Part shown: positions 1 to 10,900 of the stretch, piece after piece | Layout: every line of letters begins with the position of its first letter | Position numbering within the stretch: position 1 is the first letter of the stretch | NCBI GenBank assembly: GCA_004022145.1 | Contig: RCNU01000006.1 | DNA: 64,000 bases | Reading direction: 5' to 3' (one strand) | Source: Paecilomyces variotii | Taxonomy: Eukaryota | Program-made: the position numbers and the translations under genes | Notes under the pieces: generated by a model | What the model saw: only the letters and a program-made list of their open reading frames with translations | Told to the model about the DNA's origin: nothing | Databases searched by the model: none

Positions 1-981
1 GACCGAAGCCGACTGCTCTCCGGCGAGTCATATGCAAACTATACAGAATGTCCTCCGGCGATTATCCTAGATTCCGCAGTACCGGGCTCAGCGGAGACGT
101 CCGAACCTACTCCATGCGTTCTGGGTGTTGATGAGGCAGGCCGAGGACCTGTCCTTGGACCCATGGTCTACAGCGCCTTCTATCTTCCCCGCGACCTTCA
201 TCACTCGCTGCTAGCCAAAGACCACGCTTTCAACGACAGTAAAGTCCTCACACCAGGCGTCAGATCGAACCTAATGCGCCTTCTATGTACACCCGGACAC
301 CCGCTTTTCCAGTCCTGCGGCTGGGCTGTTAAGGTGCTATCCGCACAGGACATCTCTTCAGGCATGATGCGGCCTGGCGCTGGAGTATATAATCTCAACG
401 CACAAGCAATGGACGCCACGATTGAGATTATCCGTGGAATTGTGGAGGAACGCAAAGTTGATGTCAAAGAAGTATACATCGACACAATCGGAAATCCAGC
501 GACTTATCAGGCGAAACTGGAGCGGATTTTCCCGACACTCAAGATCACTGTTGCCAAGAAGGCTGATTCACTATACCCTTGTGTCAGTGCTGCGAGTGTG
601 GTTGCGAAGGTGACAAGAGATGCTGCGTTGGATTTATGCTATGAAGAGTTGATGGACCTCCGACGGAACGCAGGAGGTGATGCGGACGCACTAGAAACTG
701 CCGCTGAAAGCTGGGGTAGCGGATACCCGTCAGATTCGAAATGTGTTAACTGGCTGAAAAGAGATATGGATCCTATTTTTGGCTGGGGCACTGAGTGTCG
801 CTTCAGCTGGGGAACGGTAAAGGACTTGCTTGAGGTAAAAGGACCGACTAGAGTTGACTGGCCCGTCGATGAAGCAGAGGCGCAAATCAGCGAATACTTT
901 CTCAACTCTTCATCTGGACAGAAGGGAAAGGCGGACGAGCTCTCGAGTTGGTATGGGCAAAAGGCGGGAATGATATTTTGA
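1..981 (+). CDS. RNH201: Ribonuclease H2 catalytic subunit A (5' end outside window)
   Basis: The frame is open from base 1 and reads CVLGVDEAGRGPVLGPMVY. It also has FNDSKVL, YIDTIG, AKKADSLYPCVSAASVVAKVTRD and WGSGYPSD, the RNase HII motifs. Confidence 0.95.
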   Translation, partial: DRSRLLSGESYANYTECPPAIILDSAVPGSAETSEPTPCVLGVDEAGRGPVLGPMVYSAFYLPRDLHHSLLAKDHAFNDSKVLTPGVRSNLMRLLCTPGHPLFQSCGWAVKVLSAQDISSGMMRPGAGVYNLNAQAMDATIEIIRGIVEERKVDVKEVYIDTIGNPATYQAKLERIFPTLKITVAKKADSLYPCVSAASVVAKVTRDAALDLCYEELMDLRRNAGGDADALETAAESWGSGYPSDSKCVNWLKRDMDPIFGWGTECRFSWGTVKDLLEVKGPTRVDWPVDEAEAQISEYFLNSSSGQKGKADELSSWYGQKAGMIF

Positions 982-1236
982 ATAGTATGATTTAACTACG
1001 GTGTTGTATACGGGCTTGTACGATAGGAATAATGATACCCATGGCCAAAATGGAAGACATCGTCGATTATCATGACATATATGTGATATTCAATTATCCG
1101 TATTAATCTCATCGGGTATCGCCACTGAACTCCCTTAGTATACACGCCGTGTGCCTGACATGGTTTCCTGAAGACAAAGGAATGGAGAAGATACCCTGTC
1201 GAATGTGCTGAAAAGAAGGAGAACAAAACCAATCTG

Positions 1237-2555
1237 CTACAAGGTTGCAGTCGAAAAATAGTAATTATCCCAGAGATACTGGTAGTCTTCGAGGATGCCG
1301 CCAACGAGGTCTAGCAAGGGCACACCCTTCGTCTTTTCGGTCACATTTTTCAGTGACGGCCTGATCGATGTTAGTTCAAATCCAAGTCATTCAGGGGAAT
1401 ACAAGTTCACATACTTCGTGAAGGACTCGTAGAAAGCACCTCTCATCATCCACCAACCCATAGCCCAGCCTCTCTTCTTGAGTTCCTCTCGTTCCAATCC
1501 CGTTAATCCCCGCAGACCCCCGGCGATGCGTTCCCGGAAATCCTTCTTCGCAAGCTGCCGACATCCATATTCCATACCGAATCCAATTAGCCAAGGTCTC
1601 CAGCTACGCTTGTCCTGGCCCCATTTGCGAAGTGCCAGGGCGTAAACGACAGGCCTAAGGATGTACAGGACCTCGGCCAATTGACCCTGGCCGTTGACGC
1701 GGTGCAAGAGAGATTTAGCTGGCTTAACGTCGTCTGCCGTAAGAACCTTGGAAATGAGGAAATTCGACACGTCATTCACATCTGGTAGACTAGGAAGTGA
1801 CAAACGCGTCCGGGGCATCGTCCAACTCAAATCAGATGATCCTGCACTGGCTGGTGATTGCACATCATTGTACTCGTTATCCTCCCGTTCTTCGTTAGCG
1901 GTCATGAGGTCTAGCTCACGTTCCGGTAACGGAGGGCTAACTAGGGGTCTCGAGTTGGTCAATCGAAGCAAGAACAGGCGACATATTGCTTTGATTGTTT
2001 CAATGAATACGACAACGTGCCATCGAACCTTCTCCCCACGGCGGCGCGCAATCATCTCCCAGAGCAATTCGGTGTACTGAATCATCTGGAGTGTGAGCGC
2101 CGCCTTGCGATACAAGGGCGACTGCGACGTCCAGTACTTCGTGTACCGGGCATGTGGAGTCGGAGGTGGACGAGCGGCGGTTGGAGGAAGCCGGGCGATA
2201 ACCCGAGAAACAAGGGAATCATGATATAAAGAGAGCAGTTGTACGCCAGAGTGTACTATAGAGGCCGTCAGAACCGTGTGCATACTAGATGCTTGATAGA
2301 AGTGAGGGACTTACCAGATTCCGAGAGTACCTCGGATTCCCGATATCGACCTAGTAATAGTTTCTCAGTAACTGTATAGATCAAACGGGCGGATCTGTAT
2401 GTCTAACCAGGTATTATATACGTCAGCGATCTGAGCGCAGACTCTATCTGCCCGACAGAACTGGCATTTTTAGTGATAAAATCCTCATAAAGCGACAGCA
2501 GTTTAGAAGGCTCAGATAACGTCTTCGCGACGTAGCGGGTGCGTTTGGATTCCAT
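1237..2555 (-). CDS. PEX16: Peroxisomal membrane biogenesis protein Pex16 (spliced)
   Basis: ATG at 2555 gives MESKRTRYVAKTLSEPSKLLSLYEDFITKNASSVGQIESALRSLTYIIPG. The main exon has PTPHARYTKYW, QYTELLWEM and MRGAFYE. The last exon ends EDYQYLWDNYYFSTATL with the stop at 1237-1239. Confidence 0.92.
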
Positions 2556-3400
2556 ATTGACTCGATATGGGGGTCCAGCGTCAAGCGGACCTCACAGACA
2601 GTTCCCCCTTGGACTTATTAACACGATAAAATGGATAGAAGTTATAAGTGTCGTGATATAAGGGGAACCCTGTTTGAAGGAGATGATGCCAGGGCGGACG
2701 ATGACGGTTAGCTGCGATGGGGCACGTGTCCAGCGTTCGCCAAGCCTTCGCTGCCGAGGCAGGACCAACTTAAGTAGAGTAACTAAATATTAAGGCAGTT
2801 CTCGTATCCATTAACTGGCCTTTGATGACATCTGTAGCAAAGGTCGCGATAGAGTTCAGATCTTGAGATTCGGCTTACGTGCGATGCTTGATGTTTATAG
2901 CTGCTCAAGCAAGCTTGCTAACTACTGTATAACACGACTTCGCGTTCAGCATTCCTTGCATTATATCATATCCCTAGCTAACTAAGTAATGCAGAATGAT
3001 ACGCCAAAAAAGCGCCTAGTCTACGACCATACTCGTATCCTCTTCGTAACATGTAACTATATGACGGAGAATGGATTGGGATTATATGCATACTGCAGAA
3101 TGCAGAGCTCACCAGCTTCAGAATTAACGGTTAAGCCAACTTTGAAATTTAAAAGAGCATCTCAACTTCGCCCTTCGTCTACCATTCCCACAGCAAATGA
3201 TGCTAGGCAACATAGAGACGGACAGTGGGGTATGTACTGCAAGATGTCGATGTTCAATCATGAATATTCTTGCTCAAAATGAGGACGCCAACAAGACATG
3301 CATATCCCCAGCTGCAAAATTCAAATGCATCTTTCATATGCATCAAATAAGAAAATTGCGGGATGGGAGATACAGAGTACACACTTTATCGGTACTTGTT

Positions 3401-5425
3401 CTAAGGCTCGTCGGCGAACTTCCATAGTCCTCCGGGACGCATAGCCTCTCTGTATCGTTCCATCACCTTCTCGCGCTCCAACTTCCTGGCATCTTCCTGA
3501 TCCCGTTCCAATTCCTGGGTGCTAGGCATGTCTGTACGCCAGAATCCAGGAGGCGACCGTGGTCGTTCGTGTGCGTATCTATGTTTTCCATATTGATTCG
3601 CTAACAGTCTCGCTTTCGCCTCGATCAGAAGATCGTGCTTCTCCTGCTCGCCCATTGTTTCCAGCTTGTGCTTCTGATCGCCCATATAATCTTCCAGAAT
3701 TTGACTATCTTCATCGCCTGCACTCGTAAGACCTCCCGCCCGTGCCATGGCACGAAACTTATCACCGCAACAGTCCGGACGTGTACATCCGGCAAGGCAT
3801 TTACGTTGGTCTCGCTTCCGGACAACTTCGTCGAACGCAAATTCCAGCCCCTGGTTATACTCAGTATTGATCTTGAAACAATCAAGGTTGAGTTTATGGA
3901 CTGGGCGGCATCTGAAGGGCTCGTCTTCCGGATCTGGCGGTTCAGGGCTGTGAGCGTCATTATTCAAATATTGTCTCGAAGGAGATCTTTGTCGGTCCGG
4001 ACGCGATCGCCCCGTCGCACCAGTAGATGCCTTTTGTGATCTAGGTGGTAGAAGAGGTGACCTTTTGGGCGACGGCGCTGCAAGTAGATCATCCAAGCGA
4101 CGTTTTGCGGAGGCAGAGCTCCCAGCTAAGAGACCTCCCTTAGGGGCAGGAGTGTTAGCCGTCCTATGATTGCGTTCTGCTGCCATGCCGGCATAATTTT
4201 CTTCGCCATCTTCTGCCACGCTAGGTATCGCGTGTACACCTCTCACGCCTGTCTTCCTGCGCTTGGAATCCGGCCCAGGTCCGGGCTGGCGAGTCACTGC
4301 TCTATTAGTATCTATCGGCTGAAGGGGCGTTTGCCGCCCTGTTGTTTGCTGCGCACGGAACTCCCCCGAATCACGGCCAAAAGTAAATCTCCGAGGTTCA
4401 GATTCATGGAATACCCTCAATGTCGAAGTCCCATGAGATCCGTTGTCCCAGTGTACATGTTTCCTTGGAGTCTCGACTGTCTTTCCAACGTCCTCCAAGT
4501 CTTGTGTCCCAGGTGGGCCTGACTCAAGGCCGTTCAATAAGCTATCCAGTTCACTGGAGGTGCTTTTCTCGGCTTTTATAACAGCGGGTCTTTCGTAGGT
4601 CCCCGTTGCCATAGTTTCTCTGCTGTATAGCGGTGGCAAAACAGGCTCCACGGTGACATTCGGTTCGACTGGTGTTACAATCATTGCAGCAGGTGGATTA
4701 CCGTCACTCTCGTCGCGCTGCCTTTGTTCCTCAATTCCCGAGCTCTGTGATGCAGTTGGCGTAGAGTCGGATGACTGAAGAAGCGATAGGTCGACTTGGT
4801 CTCCATCGCGCTTATCGAAGGGTTGTGGTAAATGGCGTGAAGATGATCGGCCTGAGCGGCTACGCTCCCCAATTCGTTCAATTCGTCTGAACGTGACATT
4901 GACCCCCTGGACAGGGACTGTAAACTCCTCCCGATTGAAATACCCCTGCCATTGAGACAGTGTTTTCTTTGCGTGTTTGACCTTCCGCCTGAGCGTATCA
5001 GACGCCGTCGCAAGTTCTTGTACCTGGGTATAGAGGGACCTGTACTTGGACTCAAGACTGCGATGTGCTTCAAGTAGTTGAGCGTTACCGGCGTTTATTC
5101 TACCACCACTTATGGTAGTCAAGACTTTCTCTGGATCATATGCTCTTTGAATATCGTTGAATATCGCAGCGGAAGAGCTCTGTCCATCGGTATCAGTCTG
5201 ATCGGCCCGGAACTTCTTTTGAAACGACTTGTTCTCGTGCCGGAGTTCTTCAGCCCGCTTCACAGCCTTTACGCGAGCTTCTTCCGCAGTCCTTGCTTTC
5301 TCTTCTGCTTGATGGATTCTTGCATCTCGAGCAGCAAGCTCGGCATTCAGCTCATTGTACGCGCGATTGAAGGCCTGGTCAAGTTGGTCGCCTAGAGATA
5401 TTTGGAGGTTCCTGATAACTTCCAT
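3401..5425 (-). CDS. SAE2: Sae2/CtIP/Ctp1 DNA end-resection endonuclease cofactor
   Basis: N-terminal coiled coil, a long disordered middle, and a C-terminal CxxxxCC motif, YGKHR and RSPPGFWRTDMPSTQE (Sae2/CtIP C-terminal signature). The first ATG is at 5425; the ORF track start at 5434 is a TTG. Confidence 0.88.
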   Translation of the reverse strand: MEVIRNLQISLGDQLDQAFNRAYNELNAELAARDARIHQAEEKARTAEEARVKAVKRAEELRHENKSFQKKFRADQTDTDGQSSSAAIFNDIQRAYDPEKVLTTISGGRINAGNAQLLEAHRSLESKYRSLYTQVQELATASDTLRRKVKHAKKTLSQWQGYFNREEFTVPVQGVNVTFRRIERIGERSRSGRSSSRHLPQPFDKRDGDQVDLSLLQSSDSTPTASQSSGIEEQRQRDESDGNPPAAMIVTPVEPNVTVEPVLPPLYSRETMATGTYERPAVIKAEKSTSSELDSLLNGLESGPPGTQDLEDVGKTVETPRKHVHWDNGSHGTSTLRVFHESEPRRFTFGRDSGEFRAQQTTGRQTPLQPIDTNRAVTRQPGPGPDSKRRKTGVRGVHAIPSVAEDGEENYAGMAAERNHRTANTPAPKGGLLAGSSASAKRRLDDLLAAPSPKRSPLLPPRSQKASTGATGRSRPDRQRSPSRQYLNNDAHSPEPPDPEDEPFRCRPVHKLNLDCFKINTEYNQGLEFAFDEVVRKRDQRKCLAGCTRPDCCGDKFRAMARAGGLTSAGDEDSQILEDYMGDQKHKLETMGEQEKHDLLIEAKARLLANQYGKHRYAHERPRSPPGFWRTDMPSTQELERDQEDARKLEREKVMERYREAMRPGGLWKFADEP

Positions 5426-5535
5426 GAACGCCAATTCTGGAAACGAGTTCCACGTATAAGATAAGAGTGGTTGCGCTTTGTTTGGGATCAGCTATGCATA
5501 GAAGTCGGATAGCTTCTACGTACAATTGCCTTAAG

Positions 5536-5549
5536 ACGCGTCGACGCGA
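5536..5549. promoter_or_regulatory. Tandem MCB-like (MluI cell-cycle box) elements forming a palindrome
   Basis: ACGCGTCGACGCGA lies ~110 bp upstream of the sae2 ATG, in the divergent sae2/F-box promoter. Confidence 0.5.
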
Positions 5550-5968
5550 TACCTATGGAGAACCACTCTAACGGCATTAGGAAACATACGATGTTCCCCC
5601 ACCATATGATTCTCCGGCCTGCGAGTAGGGTCTAGACCTTGGATGTGTTAATATCTAGTCCATTACCATTTAGCATCATTTCCTAGGGTATCATCATTGC
5701 ACTACCAAGTCTATTTTATCTTATTCTAGATGGGATCTTGGGGAAACTGTCATTGGGTCGATTTGAGTGAGCTCCTTAGGTAAGCGACTTGACGTCTTCC
5801 CGTCTACTGCGATAATTCGACGGCGGCGAACTGATAACCAAGTCAGTTAACTAATCTATCCATGTAGGGTGTCTGGCAGTGTTTCGCAGGCCGCCGTTGT
5901 ACGGTCTGGGATATAGCTTTTCCTTCTTTTTCTAGCATCCACTGTTCTACACAGCTTGGATCTGCGAA

Positions 5969-7720
5969 ATGTCCAAGCGATCTCGAGATAACGAACGCAC
6001 TTCGTCTCCTGCACCGAAGCGTCTCCGCGCCACTGCGGATCGAACAGACCGCCTTTCATCCTTGAGTGATGAGCTACTCATTCAGATTCTCTCATTTCTC
6101 CCGATACCGTCGCTCATAACATGCCAAAGGTATTGTTCGCTCTATCCCTTGTTTCTTGGTGGTGATGTTGTTCTTTGCTAACTCTGTGATAGACTATCCC
6201 GCCGGTTTCATTCCCTCGCCGGGGACTCCGAACTATGGAAAAGACTATACTACTCGCGATGGGTGTGGCCCCGCGCCCGTCGGTTGGCGAATTCAAAGCA
6301 CTCGATATCATCCCAGAAAGCACTTGATTACTCCCCAAGGGTGTCGAAATGGCTAGGTCATGGCCACCTCATGGAGGAAGGCAGGGCGACAAATTGGAAA
6401 AGACAGTACCGGCTCAGGCATAACTGGTCCAAGGGTAGCTGCCGGGTCAGCGAAGTCGAGGTCGCCCAACCGCCCGTTCCACAGATATTGGTGAAACTCT
6501 ATGCAGGCATGGTGTTCACTGCGGATAGTGATTGCGGGTTAAGAGTGTGGTCTACAAGATGTCCCAGTCGCTGCTTGGCAAGTTTTCCATTTCAAGACGT
6601 CGCAGGGAGGGTATCTGCTGCTCCTACAGCTCTTGCTGCAGCCAAGGGTTCGTCTCAAAACAGCATCGAAGTCACTGTTGGATTCGAAGATGGCCGTTTT
6701 ATGGTTTATGAGTTGCAGACGCCTACCTTGCGCTTGGTTCTACGACTCTGCCATGCAGCATCATCTGGGGGTGCAGTGACCGCGGTCGCATCGTCGTCAC
6801 CTTATGTTCTTATGATATCCCAGCATAAGGTGCTGTCCTTGTACGAACTCCCCTGGAGGAAGATCGATACAAGCACTGACGCGACACTGGAACCTCCGCG
6901 GCGGGTGGCTTCTCTTACTGCTAACAACATCTTCGCGCCAATATCATTGTCCATACGGAATTCTGCTTCGGAAATCGTGGCATCGATAGCATACAGCTTT
7001 TATCGCGTAGGCTGTGGTTGGTCCCTTGGCATTCAGGAGCTGCGTCTTAGTAACGACGGTGAACATCTCGGTTCTCGACTCGCCACTACGGTGGATTCCC
7101 AGTACGGTACAGATCTAGTCAGACTTCCCATAGAACCTGGGACAGGACGACGACATGGACCAGTGGCGCGCCAATTTCCTGCAATACCCGCTGAGCCTTC
7201 TATACTGCACAACGAACCCCCTACCTCACTGTCTTATTCACACCCTTACCTTCTGAGTTCGCACGCGGACAACACGCTGACCATGTATCTCGTCGTGTCG
7301 ACATCTAACGCCTTATCCATAAAGGGAGGGCGGCGACTTTGGGGCCACACATCCTCAGTCTCGGGTGTACAAGTCAGTGAACGCGGTAAAGCCGTCTCGG
7401 TCGGCGCGCGAGGCCATGACATACGAATTTGGGAACTCGAGGCTGTGGCGTCCTCCCCGTTCTCGTCACAAAGATCATTACAGGGAGATAGCAGTGTCCA
7501 GGTCAGTCCCGAAAATAAACACCGCAGAAAATCCGTGGAGTTTGGCATAGCGCCAGTCTCCCTGGACGCCAGTTGCGGACAGCTGCGATCGGTGTTTGAA
7601 GACCTCTCCGAAGAGTTATCGTCGAGAGATAGCTGGATCGGATTTGATGAGGAGCAGGTAATCGTGCTCCGTGAGAGAGGGGTGGGGACCCAGTTGCTTG
7701 AGTGCTATGATTTCACATAG
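5969..7720 (+). CDS. F-box protein with WD40-like C-terminal region
   Basis: The F-box LSSLSDELLIQILSFLPIPSLITCQR joins across intron 6130-6192 to LSRRFHSLAGDSELWKR. It has NWKRQYRLRHNW and a WD motif, LWGHTSSVSGV...IRIWEL. Confidence 0.85.
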
Positions 7721-9009
7721 GCTGGGCCAGGAGCGGACTTTTACTCTTTATGTAGATAATAGATATTGTATAGATCGTCCTCCATCGATATCATCGAATC
7801 CATCTTGATGTCTGCAAAGATCGCCCCGCCCTGTTGGCCAGAAATTAGAATCAGATAGCCCTGTCAAAGATCGTCAGAAGAGCATCTTAGTTAGCAGTTC
7901 CGCGTCAGGACTCTGTAGTATGGGTGCAGCGCAGCGGCCCGCACGACAATCGCGCAATAGAAAGGCCTAGGATCAACAGATAAAGACCACTGATCTTCGA
8001 GTTCATGCTCGAATTGATAGCAGTCTCGAGTAGTAGTAAGGTCACTGGCTGTCGCCGTTAGACCGAGGGCTAGCAGTGGTCCAGGGCTCGTACCTTGCAG
8101 GCCGACGGAGAGTACCTTTGGGAAGGCGAGCACGCGTCCCGACTGAACGGATATAAGGAAGCTTCTGGTGCGATTTATCTGAGACAGCGTTTCTTGGCCT
8201 GAAGTGCTTCGTTTTCACCCTGCCACTTGTATATTCCTTTCTAAACTGTGATCTGCTTTGTCTATCGCCATCTCAGATTTTGTTGAGTCAAGATGGTCGT
8301 CACTGCCTCGTCTCCTTTGCTTTCCAGTCTGTCCTGGAGAAGAACGCCCTTGGGGGGACAGACGGGGTCAGCGAAAGCGATCCTATCGCCGGATTTCTCT
8401 CAGCTTAGCCCAGCTCAGTCGTCAAAAGGGTGAAATGCGAAATGGAGACCTTGTCTAAGCGACTGCTGGCTCTAATTGCATCGCTAATTATGAAATGAAC
8501 GCTGCGAGAAAGTGCGACTGTCAACGGAGGGAACAGAATCCAGCTGCCAGCTGCTCCTGAGAGTCATGGAAGAAACCAGCAGACAGAGACACAGATGGTG
8601 GTGGTCTTTTCGACTTCACATCCAGCTCGCTGGAGACGAAGCAGGATTCAACCGTACTTGCTCTGCTGGCCAACGCCAACAACGCCAGAGGCGAGCGTAG
8701 ACGAAGGCCTAGAGCGCACGCCGCCAGTGCTGACTCCCCACTATCAAGCACTACCGAATTCGACGTTGCCTTGAATTCTCTGATTCTTCCGGTCCTTTCC
8801 TGTTCTTCCTCATTTCTCACTTTTCTCTCGGATCAGATTGTCTGCTATTTTAGAGGCTAGCGACCAAACCACTCTCAGGTACCGCGGCAGACCTCACCCC
8901 GCACTATCTCTGCATTTTAATTTTTCTACCACAGATTTCTGACCTCTCTACAAGCAGTTTCTCAACCCACTTACATCAATCTCCAACGTTTTAATACCGC
9001 TCAATCAAA

Positions 9010-10078
9010 ATGGATTACCAAGGTTCCAGCGGCCGTGGATGCTTCAACTGTGAGTTATGCATTAGCCGTGATATTTTGACGTCGCAACTTTTGCGATTGT
9101 CTCCTTGAATTCCCTGCGTTGCGCCAACTCAGAGCGCAAGAAAACTGATGTCTGATGGCCATTATCTTCCTACACGGTTGGTTTGAAACACCTTCATACC
9201 ATCATTTCTAGCTTGCAATGTGCTCTGAGTTTGTTGTCGCATTGTACATGATTGTGAAGAATTTTGTTTCCGAGACTGACATTTTTTTCACAGGTGGCGA
9301 CGCCGGACACCAGGTAATTTCCTTTCACTGAGTTCTGCTCTATGCAGACCTAATACTTACTCATCCTGTAATACAGGCGCGCGACTGCCCTAAGAGGGGT
9401 ACTCCTACTTGGTATTTTCACCCGCGTTCTTTTTCTCCGGCGGTTTTTGTCACGGACAGATGCGCTAACTACTTAACTTTGTACAGCTACAACTGCGGAG
9501 GACAGGGACACGTTAGTAAGTCTACTTCCGATCTGTTCTCCGGTACTCCGAGTTGAAAGTACTGACCATATCTCTTCAGGCCGAGAGTGCACTGCACCCC
9601 CCAAGGAGAAGTCTTGCTACCGTTGCGGCCAGACCGGTCACCTCTCCCGCGAATGCCCTCAGTCCGGCTCCGGTGACAACTACAACGCTGGCGGTGCCGG
9701 TGGTTCTGGCGGTCAGGAATGCTACAAGTGCGGCCAGGTCGGACACATTGCTCGCAGCTGCCCCCAGAGCGGAGGTTACAACGGTGGCTACAGCGGTGGC
9801 TACGGAGGCGGTTACGGTGGACGCCAGCAGACCTGCTACTCTTGCGGTGGATACGGCCACATGGCTCGCGACTGCACCCAGGGCCAGAAGTGCTACAACT
9901 GTAAGTGCATAGCTTTTCGTATACAGTATATCTGACCCTTCAACGTTTGACCTCTAACTCTTTACCAGGCGGTGAAGTTGGCCACGTCTCGCGGGACTGC
10001 CCTACCGAGGCCAACGGCGAAAGAGTGTGCTACAAGTGCAAGCAGGCCGGCCACGTCCAGGCTGCCTGCCCTGCCTAA
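9010..10078 (+). CDS. byr3: CCHC zinc-knuckle nucleic-acid-binding protein (Byr3/Gis2/CNBP family)
   Basis: Six exons (9010-9049, 9294-9313, 9377-9411, 9487-9515, 9580-9900, 9969-10078) splice in frame to give seven CX2CX4HX4C knuckles with Gly/Tyr-rich linkers. Confidence 0.93.
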
Positions 10079-10900
10079 GCCAGTTCTATTTGATGGTTCT
10101 CCTAATTCCCTTTGGGTTTTGTGATGGTCGATGAAGGTCTAAAAAAGGGTGGCATAAAAGTCCACAATTTCATGATTAGGTTTTTCAAAATCAGGGCATG
10201 GTTTCTGCTTTTGTAACGAGATCACGGCTTAATTCGAGAATCTGGGCATTACGACGATTTCTTCTGTGGAGACTCTACATGATGAATCCTCATCGCGCCG
10301 TTTTTTCTTTATTTTTCTGCCGGTTTTTTCTTTTTCCTTTCACTTTGCTACAAAAGTTGACAGAACTTGCATGTGCCGGATAAAAAGAATATTAACGAAT
10401 GAATCGCATCGGATGGCCTGTCTTATTTTTTTTCTGAAGACAGATAGCCATGGCCATCCTTCATCTCTATATCTCTTTATCTCCTCCCTTAATTCTTTCT
10501 TCTAGATCAGGCTTCGTTTCTTCCTCCGAGTATTTTTCTCTCTTCCGACGAGGGACGTTAAGGACGGACGTTCCTGATCTTGCGGACGCATAGCATTTAG
10601 ATTTCCTATCGAATTGCGACGGAAGTAGTAAATATCATTTAGACTATAACGAGAGTATATCAAGTTGCAAAGGTATCAGTGCCTAAATATCTCAACCACC
10701 TTTTGTTTTCACCCTGGTTAGCTATTGATTTTGCCCAATCGTAATTACAATATATCTGCTATAAGATCCTTCCTTATGTCCACTGTTTCTGGACAACAAG
10801 CCATATATGTTCATATATATACCTTCCCAATGGCCAAAATCGCACAGGACATAATGCGCAACGGTGTATAGTTATGCGGTATCAGAATCTTTTCTTTATC

